Shown: piece by piece, positions 1 through 10,342 of the stretch
Numbering within the stretch: the stretch's first letter is position 1
Layout: the number at the start of each line of letters is the position of its first letter
The notes under the pieces: model-generated
What the model saw: the letters and a program-made list of their open reading frames with translations, nothing else
What the model was told of the DNA's origin: nothing
Database searches by the model: none
Position numbers and translations under genes: made by a program
Assembly (NCBI RefSeq): GCF_003010495.1
Contig: NZ_CP027570.1
Location: forward strand, 420,001-452,000
Source: Megasphaera elsdenii DSM 20460
GTDB taxonomy: Bacteria > Bacillota > Negativicutes > Veillonellales > Megasphaeraceae
DNA length: 32,000 nt
Direction: 5' to 3'

Positions 1-234
1 CTGGCACATGCGTTCCAGCGTGGGCATGACCGGCGGGACGACGGACGAAATGATGATGGCATCGATTTCGTCGGAGTTGACGCCGTTCAAATAAAAGAGG
101 TTGCGGATGAGGACGCCGTATTCATCGGTCGTACGGAGACGGTCCGTCGATACGCGCCAGTGGTCCATGAGCTCCTTTCCCTTGAAAATGCCCAGGACAA
201 TATTGGTATTCCCTACATCAATGACTAATAACAT
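1..234 (-). CDS. coaX: Type III pantothenate kinase, N-terminal part (gene continues past the left edge)
   Basis: Reverse-strand ATG at 234-232. Hand translation is [78 protein letters not shown], with the DVGNTN phosphate-binding motif typical of CoaX. It is absent from the ORF track because there is no stop codon in the window. Confidence 0.8.
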   Translation of the reverse strand, partial: MLLVIDVGNTNIVLGIFKGKELMDHWRVSTDRLRTTDEYGVLIRNLFYLNGVNSDEIDAIIISSVVPPVMPTLERMCQ

Positions 235-321
235 AACTTTATCTCCTGCCTACTATAAGTTGATAATACGCCTATTATAATAACAGAGTTTTCCTGTCTT
301 GAATAGTCTTTTCCCAAGAAA

Positions 322-1290
322 TTAGACGGGCCGGACATGAATATCCCCTGCCATGACGACTTCTGTACCGGCTGCCGTATCGACGAGGAGATTGCCGTTT
401 TCATCGATATCCCGTGCCATGCCGGAAAAAGTCCGGTTCACGGAACTGACGGTCACTTCCTGCCCCAGCATGCACGACAAGGACCGCCATTCGGCCAATA
501 CCTGGCTGAACCCCTGGCGGCAGACCGTATCGTAGAGCCGTTCGATTTCTGCCAGCAGCGTTTCCAGCAGGGCTAGCCGGCTGACACGGATGCCTTCCCG
601 GGCAAAGCTGGTGACGATGGATTTCAAGTCTTCCGGCAAATCATCGGCCATGATGTCCGTGTTGACGCCGATGCCCATGATGATGTAATTGACCTTTTCA
701 GCCGACCCGTTGAGTTCGGTCAGGATGCCGACCATCTTCCGCCCCTGGACCAGGATGTCATTGGGCCACTTGATGCCGCAGTCTGCCAGGCCGTGCCGGC
801 GGATGGAGCGGGCTACGGCGACGGCAGCCAGCAAGGTCATCTTAGCCACTTCCATGGGAGAAATATCGGGCCGCAGGATCAAGGAAAACCAGACGCCCTT
901 GGCATAGGGAGAGAGGAAGGTCCGATTGATGCGGCCGCGCCCGCCCGTCTGTTCTTCTGCCACGATGATCGTTCCTTCCGGCGCCCCCTGGTCAGCCAGT
1001 TTCTTGGCGACGTTATTCGTCGAATCGACCCGCTCCCGATAGACGACAGGGCGGCCGACGAACTTCGTCTGCAAACCATCAAGGATGGCCTTTTCCGACA
1101 AGAGTTCCGGAGCTTCCCGCAGACAATAGCCTTTCTTGGTATAGGACTCGATGACATAGCCCCGCTGCTTCAGCGCACGGATATGTTTCCATACGGCCGT
1201 CCGGGAAATACCGAGCTGGTCGGAAATCTGCTGCCCCGATACAAATTCATCCTTATGGTGTATCAAAAAATCGAGAATATCTTGTCTCAT
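322..1290 (-). CDS. birA: Bifunctional biotin-[acetyl-CoA-carboxylase] ligase / biotin operon repressor
   Basis: ORF 322..1326. N-terminal wHTH (ISDQLGISRTAVWKHIRALKQRGY) and the BPL catalytic motif GRGRINR. I place the start at the internal ATG (MRQDILDF, 1290) because it follows GGGGTGA. Confidence 0.9.
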   Translation of the reverse strand: MRQDILDFLIHHKDEFVSGQQISDQLGISRTAVWKHIRALKQRGYVIESYTKKGYCLREAPELLSEKAILDGLQTKFVGRPVVYRERVDSTNNVAKKLADQGAPEGTIIVAEEQTGGRGRINRTFLSPYAKGVWFSLILRPDISPMEVAKMTLLAAVAVARSIRRHGLADCGIKWPNDILVQGRKMVGILTELNGSAEKVNYIIMGIGVNTDIMADDLPEDLKSIVTSFAREGIRVSRLALLETLLAEIERLYDTVCRQGFSQVLAEWRSLSCMLGQEVTVSSVNRTFSGMARDIDENGNLLVDTAAGTEVVMAGDIHVRPV

Positions 1291-1421
1291 CACAATCACC
1301 CCTGCCGCTGCCCCTGGCAGCCCCATTCAAAAAAAAGCGCCACCAACGGCGCACAATATGCCTATTCTATGTAAAAATTTTAACATAAACCATCCCCCTG
1401 TCAAGGGGAGGCTGGGAGGTA

Positions 1422-1554
1422 GTGGCTCGTGGCTAGCAGTTAGTAGTCAGCAGTCAGTGGCCTGCCAGCTAGTGGCCCGTAGAAAGAATCTCCAAATATC
1501 CAGCGGATCGCCCACGTAGTGTTCTTTTTCAATTCAAAACCATCCACTAACAAC
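1422..1554. repeat. Heptad-periodic intergenic element, copy A
   Basis: 1422-1482 reads GTGGCTC GTGGCTA GCAGTTA GTAGTCA GCAGTCA GTGGCCT GCCAGCTA GTGGCCC GTAG. The opposite-orientation arm at 1538-1554 is the reverse complement of GTTGTTA GTGGATG GTT. It lies between the birA start and the ftsH terminator. Confidence 0.6.
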
Positions 1555-1556
1555 TT

Positions 1557-1592
1557 AAAAGGGTTTGTCGTCATGCGACAAACCCTTTTTTC
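1557..1592. terminator. Rho-independent terminator downstream of ftsH (bidirectional shape)
   Basis: AAAA GGGTTTGTCG tcatg CGACAAACCC TTTTTT. The stem is a perfect 10 bp and is flanked by an A-run and a T-run. Confidence 0.8.
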
Positions 1593-1601
1593 ACTTGTTT
1601 C

Positions 1602-3647
1602 CTATTTTTCTTCGTCAGCCTTTTTCTCTTCGTCGTCTTTATCGGTCAGGCCTGTAGTCAGGCCGCCTTTGGGGACGGGGTTGCCCCAGGGGCTGATCTG
1701 TATTTCTGTCTGTTCTGCCTTGGGAGCAGCCGGTTCGGCTTTTTCTTCCTTGGCTTCAGGAGCGGCTGTGGTGTCCGGTGTTCCGGCTTCCGTCGTTTCC
1801 GCCGGGACAGCCGGTGCAGCTTCCGTTTCCTTTTTCTGGTCTTCCGGCCCTTCCAGGGTACCGTACTTGACCAGGTTGTCGACTTGCTGATGGTTGATCG
1901 TTTCGACTTCCATCAGGGCGTCGGCCATATGCTTCAGCGTATCCAGGTGTTCGCGCAGCATGTGGAGTACGTCGGCATAGGCTTCGGATACGGTATCGTG
2001 CATTTCCTTGTCGATGAGTTCGGCTACACTTTCACCGTAGTTGCGTTCATGCCCCAAGCTCTTGCCGAGGAAGACCTGGTCCTGCTGTTCGCCGAAGACC
2101 ATGGGACCCAGTTTCGGGCTCATGCCCAGGCGGGTGATCATCTGGCGGGCGATGCGGGTGACGCTCTGCAAGTCTCCGGATGCACCGCTGCTGATTTCGT
2201 TGAAGACGATTTCTTCGGCAGCCCGGCCGCCGAGGGCGACGCGGATCTGAGCCAGGTAATACGACTTCGTTTCATACGACCGGTCTTCTTCGGGCAGCAT
2301 CATGGTATAGCCGCCAGCCCGGCCGCGAGGGATGATCGTGACTTTATGGACCGGATCGGCATCCGGCAGGAGATAGGCGATGAGGGCATGGCCCGATTCG
2401 TGGACTGCCGTCAGACGCTTTTCCTTATCGCTGATGACATGGCTGCGGCGTTCCGGACCGAAGCAGACTTTTTCACTGGCTTCTTCCAGTTCAGCCATAT
2501 TGATGACTTTCTTATTGGCCCGGGCAGCCAGGAGGGCTGCTTCGTTAAGCAGGTTGCCCAGATCGGCACCGGTAAAGCCCGGTGTCTTCTTGGCGATGAC
2601 GTCGAGATCGACATCCTTGCCGAGGGGCTTGCCTTTGGCGTGGACGTCGAGGATAGCCCGGCGGCCGCGCAGATCCGGACGGTCGACCGTGATCTGCCGG
2701 TCAAAACGACCGGGACGCAGCAGGGCCGGGTCGAGGATATCCGGACGGTTGGTCGCAGCAATGGTGATGATGCCTTCGTTGGACCCGAAGCCATCCATTT
2801 CGACCAGGAGCTGATTCAGCGTCTGTTCCCGTTCGTCGTGGCCGCCGCCAAGGCCGGCGCCACGCTGACGGCCGACGGCGTCGATTTCGTCGATGAAGAC
2901 GATGCAGGGCGCATTCTTCTTGGCCTGAGTGAACAAGTCACGGACACGGGAAGCGCCGACGCCGACGAACATTTCAACGAAGTCGGAACCACTGATGCTG
3001 AAGAAGGGCACGCCGGCTTCACCGGCTACGGCACGGGCCAGGAGGGTCTTCCCGGTCCCCGGAGGGCCAAAGAGGAGCACCCCTTTGGGTATCTTGGCGC
3101 CAATGGCATTATACTTGCTGGGGTTACGCAGGAATTCGACGATTTCCGCCAGTTCCTCCTTCGCTTCGTCTTCACCAGCAACGTCTTTAAAGGTAACTTT
3201 GATCTTACCTTCACCGTGCATCTTGGCATGGCTCTTGCCGAAGTTCATGACCCGGCCGCCGCCACCCTGGGTCTGCTGCATGATGAAGAACCAGACGGCA
3301 ATAAGGACCAGGATTGGCAGGACTGCTGTCAGCATGTTCATCCACCACGAAGGCTGTTCGGGCGGTTTGGCGATGATGTTGACATCAGCATCGCGCAGAG
3401 CCGGCAAGAGGGACGAATCGGTCGGGGCGTATGAAGTAAAGGACGTTCCGTCTTTCAGCTGGCCCACGATGGCATGGTCCGCTGTGATCTGGACGGCATC
3501 GACTTTCTTCTGCTGTACCTGACTCATGAAATTCGTATAAGAAATTTCCGATTTGTCTGTCTTACTGCTCGTAAAGGCATCTATGATCGATACGGCGACG
3601 ATGATGATGAGTAAGTATAAACTTACATTCCGCACAAATTTACTCAA
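1602..3647 (-). CDS. ftsH: ATP-dependent zinc metalloprotease FtsH
   Basis: Walker [12 protein letters not shown]+ core, zinc motif HESGHAL, N-terminal TM segments. TTG start at 3647 follows AAAGGAG. It has an acidic Glu/Lys/Ala/Pro-rich C-terminal tail. Confidence 0.97.
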   Translation of the reverse strand: MSKFVRNVSLYLLIIIVAVSIIDAFTSSKTDKSEISYTNFMSQVQQKKVDAVQITADHAIVGQLKDGTSFTSYAPTDSSLLPALRDADVNIIAKPPEQPSWWMNMLTAVLPILVLIAVWFFIMQQTQGGGGRVMNFGKSHAKMHGEGKIKVTFKDVAGEDEAKEELAEIVEFLRNPSKYNAIGAKIPKGVLLFGPPGTGKTLLARAVAGEAGVPFFSISGSDFVEMFVGVGASRVRDLFTQAKKNAPCIVFIDEIDAVGRQRGAGLGGGHDEREQTLNQLLVEMDGFGSNEGIITIAATNRPDILDPALLRPGRFDRQITVDRPDLRGRRAILDVHAKGKPLGKDVDLDVIAKKTPGFTGADLGNLLNEAALLAARANKKVINMAELEEASEKVCFGPERRSHVISDKEKRLTAVHESGHALIAYLLPDADPVHKVTIIPRGRAGGYTMMLPEEDRSYETKSYYLAQIRVALGGRAAEEIVFNEISSGASGDLQSVTRIARQMITRLGMSPKLGPMVFGEQQDQVFLGKSLGHERNYGESVAELIDKEMHDTVSEAYADVLHMLREHLDTLKHMADALMEVETINHQQVDNLVKYGTLEGPEDQKKETEAAPAVPAETTEAGTPDTTAAPEAKEEKAEPAAPKAEQTEIQISPWGNPVPKGGLTTGLTDKDDEEKKADEEK

Positions 3648-3735
3648 AATATGGCTCCTTTCATTTAATTTATGATAATGCTTTTTATTCCAACCAATAC
3701 AGTCTTATATTACCACACTTCTTGTAAAGCAACAA

Positions 3736-4275
3736 CTATTTGGAATATACTTCTTCTTTCAAGATACCGATATACGGCAGGTTGCGGTAACGGCTGTCGT
3801 AGTCGAGGCCATAGCCGACGACGAAGGCATCGGGGATTTCAAAGCCGTTGTAGTCGACAGGCACCTCGACCTGACGGCGGGCCGGCTTGCTGAGGAGCGT
3901 GGCCAGTTTGACCGAGCGGGCGCCCCGTTCTTTGAGCATGGGGACGAGGTGGCTCAAGGTGACGCCCGTGTCGATGATGTCTTCGACGATGAGGACATCT
4001 TTATCCTTGACATCGTTGTCGAGGTCCTTGCGGATCTTGAGGACACCGGACGACGTCGTCGACGAACCGTAGCTGGAGCAGCTCATGAAATCGAAGTAGA
4101 CCGGGCCATCGATGCAGCGGGCCAAGTCGGTGAAAAAGGTGACGGCCCCTTTGAGGATGCCGCACATGAGGATGGTCTTGCCGGCATAATCTTTGGTGAT
4201 CTGGGCGCCCAGTTCGTGAACGCGGGCAGCAATCTGTTCTTCTGTCAATAAAATTTCTTTAATATCCTGATGCAT
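3736..4275 (-). CDS. hpt: Hypoxanthine phosphoribosyltransferase
   Basis: PRPP-binding motif VLIVEDIIDTGVTL. Start taken at MHQDIKEILL (ATG 4275) behind ACGGAGGAAA. The longer ORF up to 4383 overlaps the end of tilS. Confidence 0.93.
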   Translation of the reverse strand: MHQDIKEILLTEEQIAARVHELGAQITKDYAGKTILMCGILKGAVTFFTDLARCIDGPVYFDFMSCSSYGSSTTSSGVLKIRKDLDNDVKDKDVLIVEDIIDTGVTLSHLVPMLKERGARSVKLATLLSKPARRQVEVPVDYNGFEIPDAFVVGYGLDYDSRYRNLPYIGILKEEVYSK

Positions 4276-4301
4276 CTTGTTTTCCTCCGTAATAAAGTGA
4301 A

Positions 4302-5297
4302 TTACCGATGCCGTCTCCGTCGGGGGACGGCAGGACCCAGGCAGAGGGCTGTCCGGGTCGTATAAACACAGGCCCGGCCGCACTGGAACTGTTTTCCCGC
4401 TCCTTTAGCAGCCAGGTCCCGTATGGTTTCAACATAATGAAAAGGCAGGTCTTGACGAGAGCCCGTCCCTTCCTGCCACAGGCGGCGGATCAAGCGCCGC
4501 TGCATGGCCAGCGGCTGAGCCAGCAAACCTTTCTTATCCAGGGCCGGCATGGCGCCGTCTGGAAGGGCGAGCTGCTGGTACAGGGCTTCTGCCGCGTTTT
4601 CCAGAAAGACTTCGTCGGCCCTGACGATGTCGGCCAGGCGGTTCAAGTCCGCTGTAATGGCCGGGTTGTACTGCTGCAGCTGCGGCAACAGATCCAGCCG
4701 TATCCGGTTGCGGCTGTAGCGCCGGCTGTCATTGGTCTCATCGTGGCAGACCGGCAGCTGGCGCTGGGCGGCGTAGGCTGTCAATTCAGCCTTGGTCACA
4801 GCCAGGAGCGGGCGGATGATGTCGCCCCGCCTGGGAGCCATGCCACAAAGGCCGTCGAGGCCGCTGCCACGCAAGAGATGGAGCAGTACCGTTTCGGCCT
4901 GGTCATCGGCATGATGGGCCACGGCAATGCGGTCTGCCCCACAGGCCCGGGCCGTTTCCCGCAGGATGCGGTAACGTTCCCGCCGCCCTACGGCTTCTTC
5001 CGAAGCCTTTTCTTTCCGGGCCAGGGCCGGCACGTCGACATACTGCCAGGCAAAACCACAGTGGCGGCGCAGGGCTTCCTGCCGAACCAGGGCGACTTCG
5101 TCGTCGGCAGCCCGGCGGATGCCGTGATGGACGTAACAGGCCGTCAGGCTTAGCCTATATAACGGGGCCAGGCGGTTCAGTATATCCAGCAGGGCCAGCG
5201 AATCGGGCCCACCGGAGCAGGCGACGACCAGGGCCCTTCCCGGCTGCCACAGGTCGTGCTGCCTGCCGTAAGCGTCTACGCGTTCGACGAGGTTCAC
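4302..5297 (-). CDS. tilS: tRNA(Ile)-lysidine synthetase, short form (331 aa)
   Basis: PP-loop motif ACSGGPDSLAL. GTG start overlaps the upstream stop (GTGA at 5294-5297). Conserved tilS-hpt-ftsH order. Confidence 0.88.
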   Translation of the reverse strand: MNLVERVDAYGRQHDLWQPGRALVVACSGGPDSLALLDILNRLAPLYRLSLTACYVHHGIRRAADDEVALVRQEALRRHCGFAWQYVDVPALARKEKASEEAVGRRERYRILRETARACGADRIAVAHHADDQAETVLLHLLRGSGLDGLCGMAPRRGDIIRPLLAVTKAELTAYAAQRQLPVCHDETNDSRRYSRNRIRLDLLPQLQQYNPAITADLNRLADIVRADEVFLENAAEALYQQLALPDGAMPALDKKGLLAQPLAMQRRLIRRLWQEGTGSRQDLPFHYVETIRDLAAKGAGKQFQCGRACVYTTRTALCLGPAVPRRRRHR

Positions 5298-6217
5298 GGC
5301 TGGCGGTCCCGGGAATTCCAGGCCGCATCATGGAAAGAATGGCGGAAAAAGACGCCTTCCATGAGGTCCCGTTCACTGACGGTAATCGCCGGGATCTGAT
5401 ACCGCTGAAGAAAGGACTTGGCGATGAGCAGGCCGGCGATGATGATATCGCTGCGCTTGGGCTGAAGGCCCGGCACATGGCGCCGTTCTTCCGGCGTCAT
5501 GGCCTGGAGCCGTTCGATATGACCGCACAGGGCTTCATAAGAAATGCAGTGGCCTTCGACTTTTTCCGCATCGTAGACGGCCAGCTGCAGATCCATGGCG
5601 GCCAGCGTCGTCAGCGTCCCACCGACGCCGATGAGCAGATCCGGCCGTATCTTCATGGGCAGCCATTCCTGATAGCAATGGCGCTCCAGATGAGCCACAT
5701 CCTGATGGCTCATGACCTCGCCCCGCGTAAAGCGCACCGCACCCATGGGATAACTGTGGGACCAGCACAGGTCCCCGCCCCGGCCGGCAGCGACTTCACT
5801 GCTGCCGCCGCCGATGTCGATGACGGCAGCCGTCACGTCGGGATTGAGGGAAGCCGTAGCTCCCGTAAAGCTGAGCGACGCTTCTTCCAGGCCGGAAATC
5901 GCCCGGCAGTGCCAGCCAAAGCGGGCCCGCACTTCTGCCAGGAAAGCCTGGCCGTCGACGGCTTCGCGGACGGCACTGGTAGCCACGGCACAGACGGGGA
6001 TCCCCGTCAGCTGCCCTTTCCAGCGTTCCATGGCCGCAAAGGACGCCTCCATCCCTGCCGGCGACAAGTGGTGTGTTTCATCGATATCTTTTCCCAGCCG
6101 CGTCGTCGCCAGTTCTTTCGGCGAAAAAATCCACGTACCCGGGACTTCCTGCCAGCCCGTCATGAGGCGCAGGGAGTTGGAGCCGATATCGATGACTGCA
6201 TACTTCTGATACTCCAT
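5294..6217 (-). CDS. Ppx/GppA family phosphatase
   Basis: ASKHA-fold motifs AVIDIGSNSLRL and AVIDIGGGSSE. RBS GGAAAGGAG lies before the ATG at 6217. Confidence 0.85.
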   Translation of the reverse strand: MEYQKYAVIDIGSNSLRLMTGWQEVPGTWIFSPKELATTRLGKDIDETHHLSPAGMEASFAAMERWKGQLTGIPVCAVATSAVREAVDGQAFLAEVRARFGWHCRAISGLEEASLSFTGATASLNPDVTAAVIDIGGGSSEVAAGRGGDLCWSHSYPMGAVRFTRGEVMSHQDVAHLERHCYQEWLPMKIRPDLLIGVGGTLTTLAAMDLQLAVYDAEKVEGHCISYEALCGHIERLQAMTPEERRHVPGLQPKRSDIIIAGLLIAKSFLQRYQIPAITVSERDLMEGVFFRHSFHDAAWNSRDRQP

Positions 6218-6283
6218 AGTTGCTCCTTTCCGATTTCGTCCATCCCCACGGCCGGTTCTCTCAAACGACCCTGGGGAAAACGT

Positions 6284-6313
6284 AAAAAGGCGCTGTCTTC
6301 GTGCGACAGCACC
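6284..6313 (-). terminator. Rho-independent terminator downstream of the S1-domain gene
   Basis: On the minus strand: GGTGCTGTC gcacgaa GACAGCGCC TTTTT. The single stem mismatch is a G-U pair only in the minus-strand RNA. Confidence 0.7.
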
Positions 6314-6344
6314 CCTTTCTTACCATCTGCTATTCAATACTTAC

Positions 6345-6794
6345 TCAATCAGCATGGCGTGCACCGCGGCCGCCGCGTTTCGATTCCGTATTGCGTTTTA
6401 AATCCATCAGGCGTTCATCGCTTTCCTTGAGGAACTTGCTGAGTCGGTCTTCAAAAGAAAGAGAACCCGACGAACGGCGCGAATCAAAGCCATTATGCTG
6501 GCGAAATTCATGTTTCTGGCGAAAATCGCGTTTCGGGCGAAATTCCTTCTTTTCCGGCGCCGGCTGGGTCTGTTTGATAGACAGGGCGATCTTTCCCTTA
6601 TCGTCTACAGACAACACTTTGACGTTGACCTTATCTCGCACTTTCAAAAAATCATTTACATCTTTGACATACTCATTAGCGACTTCAGAAATATGTACGA
6701 GACCCACTTTCTTATCCGGAAGTTCTACGAATGCGCCAAACTTTGTGATTCCTGTAACGGTACCTTCCATCACACTGCCTACTTCGATTGTCAT
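6345..6794 (-). CDS. S1 RNA-binding domain protein (YabR-like)
   Basis: S1 fold signature GSVMEGTVTGITKFGAFVELPDKKVGLVHISEV followed by a basic tail. RBS AAGGAGG. Confidence 0.88.
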   Translation of the reverse strand: MTIEVGSVMEGTVTGITKFGAFVELPDKKVGLVHISEVANEYVKDVNDFLKVRDKVNVKVLSVDDKGKIALSIKQTQPAPEKKEFRPKRDFRQKHEFRQHNGFDSRRSSGSLSFEDRLSKFLKESDERLMDLKRNTESKRGGRGARHAD

Positions 6795-6901
6795 GCTGTT
6801 TTAATTTCCTCCTTGTAATATCAGCATTATTGCTAAACGTATACAGCCATTATACTCATAATCACTAAAAAATTCAATCATCAAAATACAAAATATAGCG
6901 A

Positions 6902-7249
6902 TTACGGCTTATAAGGAATTTCATCGGGCTTGGCCAATCCAAACTGTTCTCGCGCTTCCTTGGCGATTTCATCGGGATCATTCAGCTCGTCACGCCGCTC
7001 CCGGAGCCGGAGGTTCTCATCCCGCAAGGTCTGTTCCTGCTGCAAAGTCTGATTCATGTCCTCATGGATTTCCCACAACCGGTAAAGGCGGATGCCGATG
7101 AGATAGAACCCGGCAATGATGATGGCCATGAGAAAAAGATTGTACCAGCTCAATTGCCGAAGCCGGATGAGCAGGCCAGGACGGCGCTTCCGGCGAACCT
7201 TGCGGCGCTTCTTCCGGCGCCCAGGCTGGCGATACTGCTTGGTTTCCAC
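6902..7249 (-). CDS. divIC: Septum formation initiator (FtsB/DivIC family)
   Basis: Arg/Lys-rich N-terminus, one TM segment (LFLMAIIIAGFYLIGI), a leucine-zipper-like coiled coil, and the C-terminal IAKEAREQFGLAKPDE motif. GTG start. Confidence 0.8.
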   Translation of the reverse strand: METKQYRQPGRRKKRRKVRRKRRPGLLIRLRQLSWYNLFLMAIIIAGFYLIGIRLYRLWEIHEDMNQTLQQEQTLRDENLRLRERRDELNDPDEIAKEAREQFGLAKPDEIPYKP

Positions 7250-7414
7250 CCAATCACCCTTTCTAAGAACAAGAGACTGAAAAAGTCTTACCTTATAGTA
7301 TACCGTGCTTTAAGCACAAGATAAAGTTTTTTTGCAAAATTCCTTTTAAAATGGGCAGAGGTTATATATAATAGAGGCACGACATTTTGTATCTTATTCC
7401 GAGGGGGAACACTT

Positions 7415-8818
7415 ATGCATTACGAAAAAATCACGACAGAAATCCTGGAAAAATTAAAGGCCATCGTCGGCCCGAAGAACGTCGTCACCGACGCCGATGC
7501 CATGCAGCCTTACTCCCATGACGAAGTGACCGATCCGGCTTATCACCACATGCCGGAAGCCGTCGTCTTTGCCGAAACGGCACAGCAGGTCAGTGCCATC
7601 ATCAAATTGGCCAACGCCTGCCACTTCCCTGTCGTCCCCCGCGGGGCCGGCACAGGCCTGGCTTGCGGGGCTGTCCCGGAATACGGCGGCCTCGTCTTGT
7701 CACTGGAAAAGATGAATAAGATCCTGGAAATCAATGAAAACGGACTCTATGCCGTCGTCGAACCGGGCGTGCGCACGTCAGACCTGCAGGAAGCAGCCGA
7801 AAAGAAAGGCCTCTTCTATGCCGGCGACCCGTGCAGCGGCGATTCATGCTTCATCGGCGGCAACATCGCCACCAACGCCGGTGGCAATAGGGCTGTCAAA
7901 TACGGGACGACGCGCCACCAGGTCTACAGCGTAGAAGTCGTCAATCCGACAGGGCGCATCGTCAACCTCGGCGCGCGGCTGCAGAAACAGTCGACAGGCT
8001 ATTCCCTGGACCAGCTGGTCATCGGCTCGGAAGGGACCCTGGGCATCATCACCAAGGCCACGCTGAAACTCCTGCCCAAGCCGAAATACGCCTTGGATCT
8101 GCTGGCCATCTTCGACGACCGCCGCCAGGCCATGGGCGTCGTCACCAAGATCATCAAAGCCGGCATCACGCCGACGTGCGTTGAATTTATGGACAACATC
8201 ACCATCAAGTCCGTCGAAAAGTACCTCAATGAAAACCTCCAGGGCAGCGACAACGGCAACTACGTCATCGTCGAAGTCGAAGGGACCAGCGAAGACGACC
8301 TGGACGACAAAGCCGTCGTCCTCGACGAAGTCTGCACGGAAAATGGCGCTTCGTCAGTTCTCGTCGCCGACCACAACAAGATTTGGCAGGCCCGCAAGGC
8401 CTTTGCCGAAGCCGTCCGTGCCGAAAGCCTCATCGTCTGCAAAGAAGACGTCGTCGTCCCTGTCGACCAGGAAGCAGCCCTCCTCGATGAAATCCTTCGC
8501 CTGGCCCAGAAATATAACTTGGTCACCCGCATCGCCAGCCATGCCGGCGACGGCAATATCCACTTGAACATCCTCAAGAACGAAGATGCCACCTATGAAG
8601 ACTGGGACCAGCGGGTCAAGGCCAACCAGCAGGAACTGTACAAGTTCATCTATGCCCACGGCGGCCGCCTGTCCGGCGAACACGGCATCGGCTATAAGCG
8701 CAAGCACTTGATGGAGGAATTTACCGATCCTGGCGAACTGGAAATGATGAAAGCCATCAAGAAGGCCCTCGATCCCAACGACATCCTCAACCCGGGGAAA
8801 ATCTTCGACGTCGAGTAA
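7415..8818 (+). CDS. FAD-linked oxidase (GlcD / D-lactate dehydrogenase-like)
   Basis: FAD_binding_4-type motif FPVVPRGAGTGLACGAVP, C-terminal GGRLSGEHGIGYKRK, 467 aa. RBS GAGGGGGA. Confidence 0.85.
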   Translation: MHYEKITTEILEKLKAIVGPKNVVTDADAMQPYSHDEVTDPAYHHMPEAVVFAETAQQVSAIIKLANACHFPVVPRGAGTGLACGAVPEYGGLVLSLEKMNKILEINENGLYAVVEPGVRTSDLQEAAEKKGLFYAGDPCSGDSCFIGGNIATNAGGNRAVKYGTTRHQVYSVEVVNPTGRIVNLGARLQKQSTGYSLDQLVIGSEGTLGIITKATLKLLPKPKYALDLLAIFDDRRQAMGVVTKIIKAGITPTCVEFMDNITIKSVEKYLNENLQGSDNGNYVIVEVEGTSEDDLDDKAVVLDEVCTENGASSVLVADHNKIWQARKAFAEAVRAESLIVCKEDVVVPVDQEAALLDEILRLAQKYNLVTRIASHAGDGNIHLNILKNEDATYEDWDQRVKANQQELYKFIYAHGGRLSGEHGIGYKRKHLMEEFTDPGELEMMKAIKKALDPNDILNPGKIFDVE

Positions 8819-8819
8819 C

Positions 8820-8848
8820 TTGCAAAAATGGCGGCTACCGTGTATAAT
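8820..8848 (+). promoter_or_regulatory. Sigma-70-type promoter for the riboswitch-ribBA transcript
   Basis: TTGCAA (8820-8825), a 17-nt spacer, then TATAAT (8843-8848), about 25 nt upstream of the riboswitch P1 stem. Confidence 0.6.
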
Positions 8849-8871
8849 ACATAACAGAACTGAATAAGACA

Positions 8872-9000
8872 TATATCTTCAGGGCAGGGTGAAATTCCCG
8901 ATCGGCGGTATAGTCCGCGAACGCTACGGCGTAGGAGCCACTGGCTCGTGATTTGGTGCAATTCCAAAACCGACAGTATAGTCTGGATGGAAGAAGATGT
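8872..9000 (+). promoter_or_regulatory. FMN riboswitch (RFN element) aptamer
   Basis: Conserved RFN strings occur in the expected order: TCTTCAGGGCAGGGTGAAATTCCCGATCGGCGGTA ... GATTTGGTGCAATTCCAAAACCGACAGTATAGTCTGGATGGAAGAAGAT. P1 pairs ATCTTC (8875-8880) with GAAGAT (8993-8998). Confidence 0.95.
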
Positions 9001-9040
9001 GGCGTGCTGCGCTTGCAGCCTGCCTTTCCTTGCATGTCAA

Positions 9041-9070
9041 AGCCCTGTGCCACTGGCCAGGGCTTTTTTG
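9041..9070 (+). terminator. Riboswitch expression-platform terminator
   Basis: AGCCCTG ... CAGGGCT followed by TTTTTT, between the aptamer and the ribBA RBS. Confidence 0.7.
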
Positions 9071-9116
9071 ATACCATTCATAAAACTGATAAACAGACTT
9101 TAAGGAGGTCTTTATT

Positions 9117-10334
9117 TTGACTACAGAAAAACGTAAATTCAACACCATCGAAGAAGCACTGGAAGAATTGCAGGCCGGCCATATCATCATCGTCACCGAT
9201 GACCCGGACCGCGAAAACGAAGGCGACTTCATCTGCGCCGCCCAGTACTGCACGACCGAAAACATGAACTTCATGGCCAGCCACGGCAAGGGCCTTATCT
9301 GCATGCCTATGAGCATCGAATATGCCCATAAGCTCGGTCTGCCCCAGATGGTCAGTGAAAATACAGATAATCACGAAACGGCCTTCACCGTTTCCATCGA
9401 CCACGTCGATACGACGACGGGTATCTCCGCTGTCGAACGCGCCCTGACGGCCCGCAAATGTGTCGAAGAATCGGCTCGTCCCGAAGACTTCCGCCGTCCT
9501 GGCCACAACTTCCCGCTCATCGCCAAACGCGGAGGCGTCCTGACCCGCAATGGCCACACAGAAGCCACGGTCGACCTCATGCGCCTGGCAGGGCTCAAAC
9601 AAGTCGGCCTGTGCTGTGAAATCATGGCCGATGACGGCACGATGATGCGCACGCCGGACCTCTGGAAAATCGCCGATAAATACGGCCTGAAATTCATCAC
9701 CATCCACGACCTCCAGAACTACTGCCGCCGCCACGACAAACACGTCATCCGCGAAGCCGTCGCCAAGATGCCGACGAAGTTCGGCGAATTCAAGATCTAC
9801 GGCTACATCAACGACCTGACCGGCGAACACCACGTCGCCCTGGTCAAAGGCGAAATCGGCGATGGCAAGAACCTCTTGTGCCGTGTCCACTCCGAATGCC
9901 TCACAGGCGACGTCTTCGGCTCCCGCCGCTGCGACTGCGGCGAACAGCTGGCAGCTGCCCTGACGCAGATCAACGCCGAAGGCCGGGGCATCCTCCTCTA
10001 CATGCGCCAGGAAGGCCGCGGCATAGGCCTCATCAATAAACTCAAGGCCTATGTCCTCCAGGAACAGGGCTACGACACGGTCGAAGCCAATGAAAAACTC
10101 GGTTTCGCACCGGACCTTCGTGAATACTGGATTGGTGCCCAGATTCTCCAGGACATGGGCGCCAAAGAAATCCGCCTGCTCACGAACAACCCGGAAAAAG
10201 TCTACGGCCTCGAAGGCTTCGGAGTCGAAATCGTAGAACGGGTCCCCATTGAAATGAAACCGCAGAAATTCGACGAATTTTACTTGGAAACGAAAAAGAA
10301 TAAAATGGGCCACATCCTCCCCCATCTGCATTAA
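9117..10334 (+). CDS. ribBA: Bifunctional 3,4-dihydroxy-2-butanone-4-phosphate synthase / GTP cyclohydrolase II
   Basis: DHBP synthase N-terminal half ([11 protein letters not shown]). GCH-II half with the zinc cysteines ([19 protein letters not shown]). TTG start follows AAGGAGG. Confidence 0.96.
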   Translation: MTTEKRKFNTIEEALEELQAGHIIIVTDDPDRENEGDFICAAQYCTTENMNFMASHGKGLICMPMSIEYAHKLGLPQMVSENTDNHETAFTVSIDHVDTTTGISAVERALTARKCVEESARPEDFRRPGHNFPLIAKRGGVLTRNGHTEATVDLMRLAGLKQVGLCCEIMADDGTMMRTPDLWKIADKYGLKFITIHDLQNYCRRHDKHVIREAVAKMPTKFGEFKIYGYINDLTGEHHVALVKGEIGDGKNLLCRVHSECLTGDVFGSRRCDCGEQLAAALTQINAEGRGILLYMRQEGRGIGLINKLKAYVLQEQGYDTVEANEKLGFAPDLREYWIGAQILQDMGAKEIRLLTNNPEKVYGLEGFGVEIVERVPIEMKPQKFDEFYLETKKNKMGHILPHLH

Positions 10335-10342
10335 GAGCGAGG

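Noticed and set aside
1884-3434. 516-aa ORF on the plus strand, antisense to ftsH
   Set aside because: It lies entirely inside a gene with clear FtsH motifs. Its composition is low-complexity (rich in Asp, Gly, Ala, Val, Phe), as expected for the open antisense frame of a GC3-rich gene. It has no RBS.
4276-4383. N-terminal extensions of tracked ORFs: hpt to 4383, birA to 1326, argS to 24772, the DUF2157-like gene to 30632, the GDYXXLXY gene to 28767
   Set aside because: In each case an internal start codon has a proper SD sequence. The extension overlaps the upstream gene or encodes non-conserved Arg/Pro-rich sequence.
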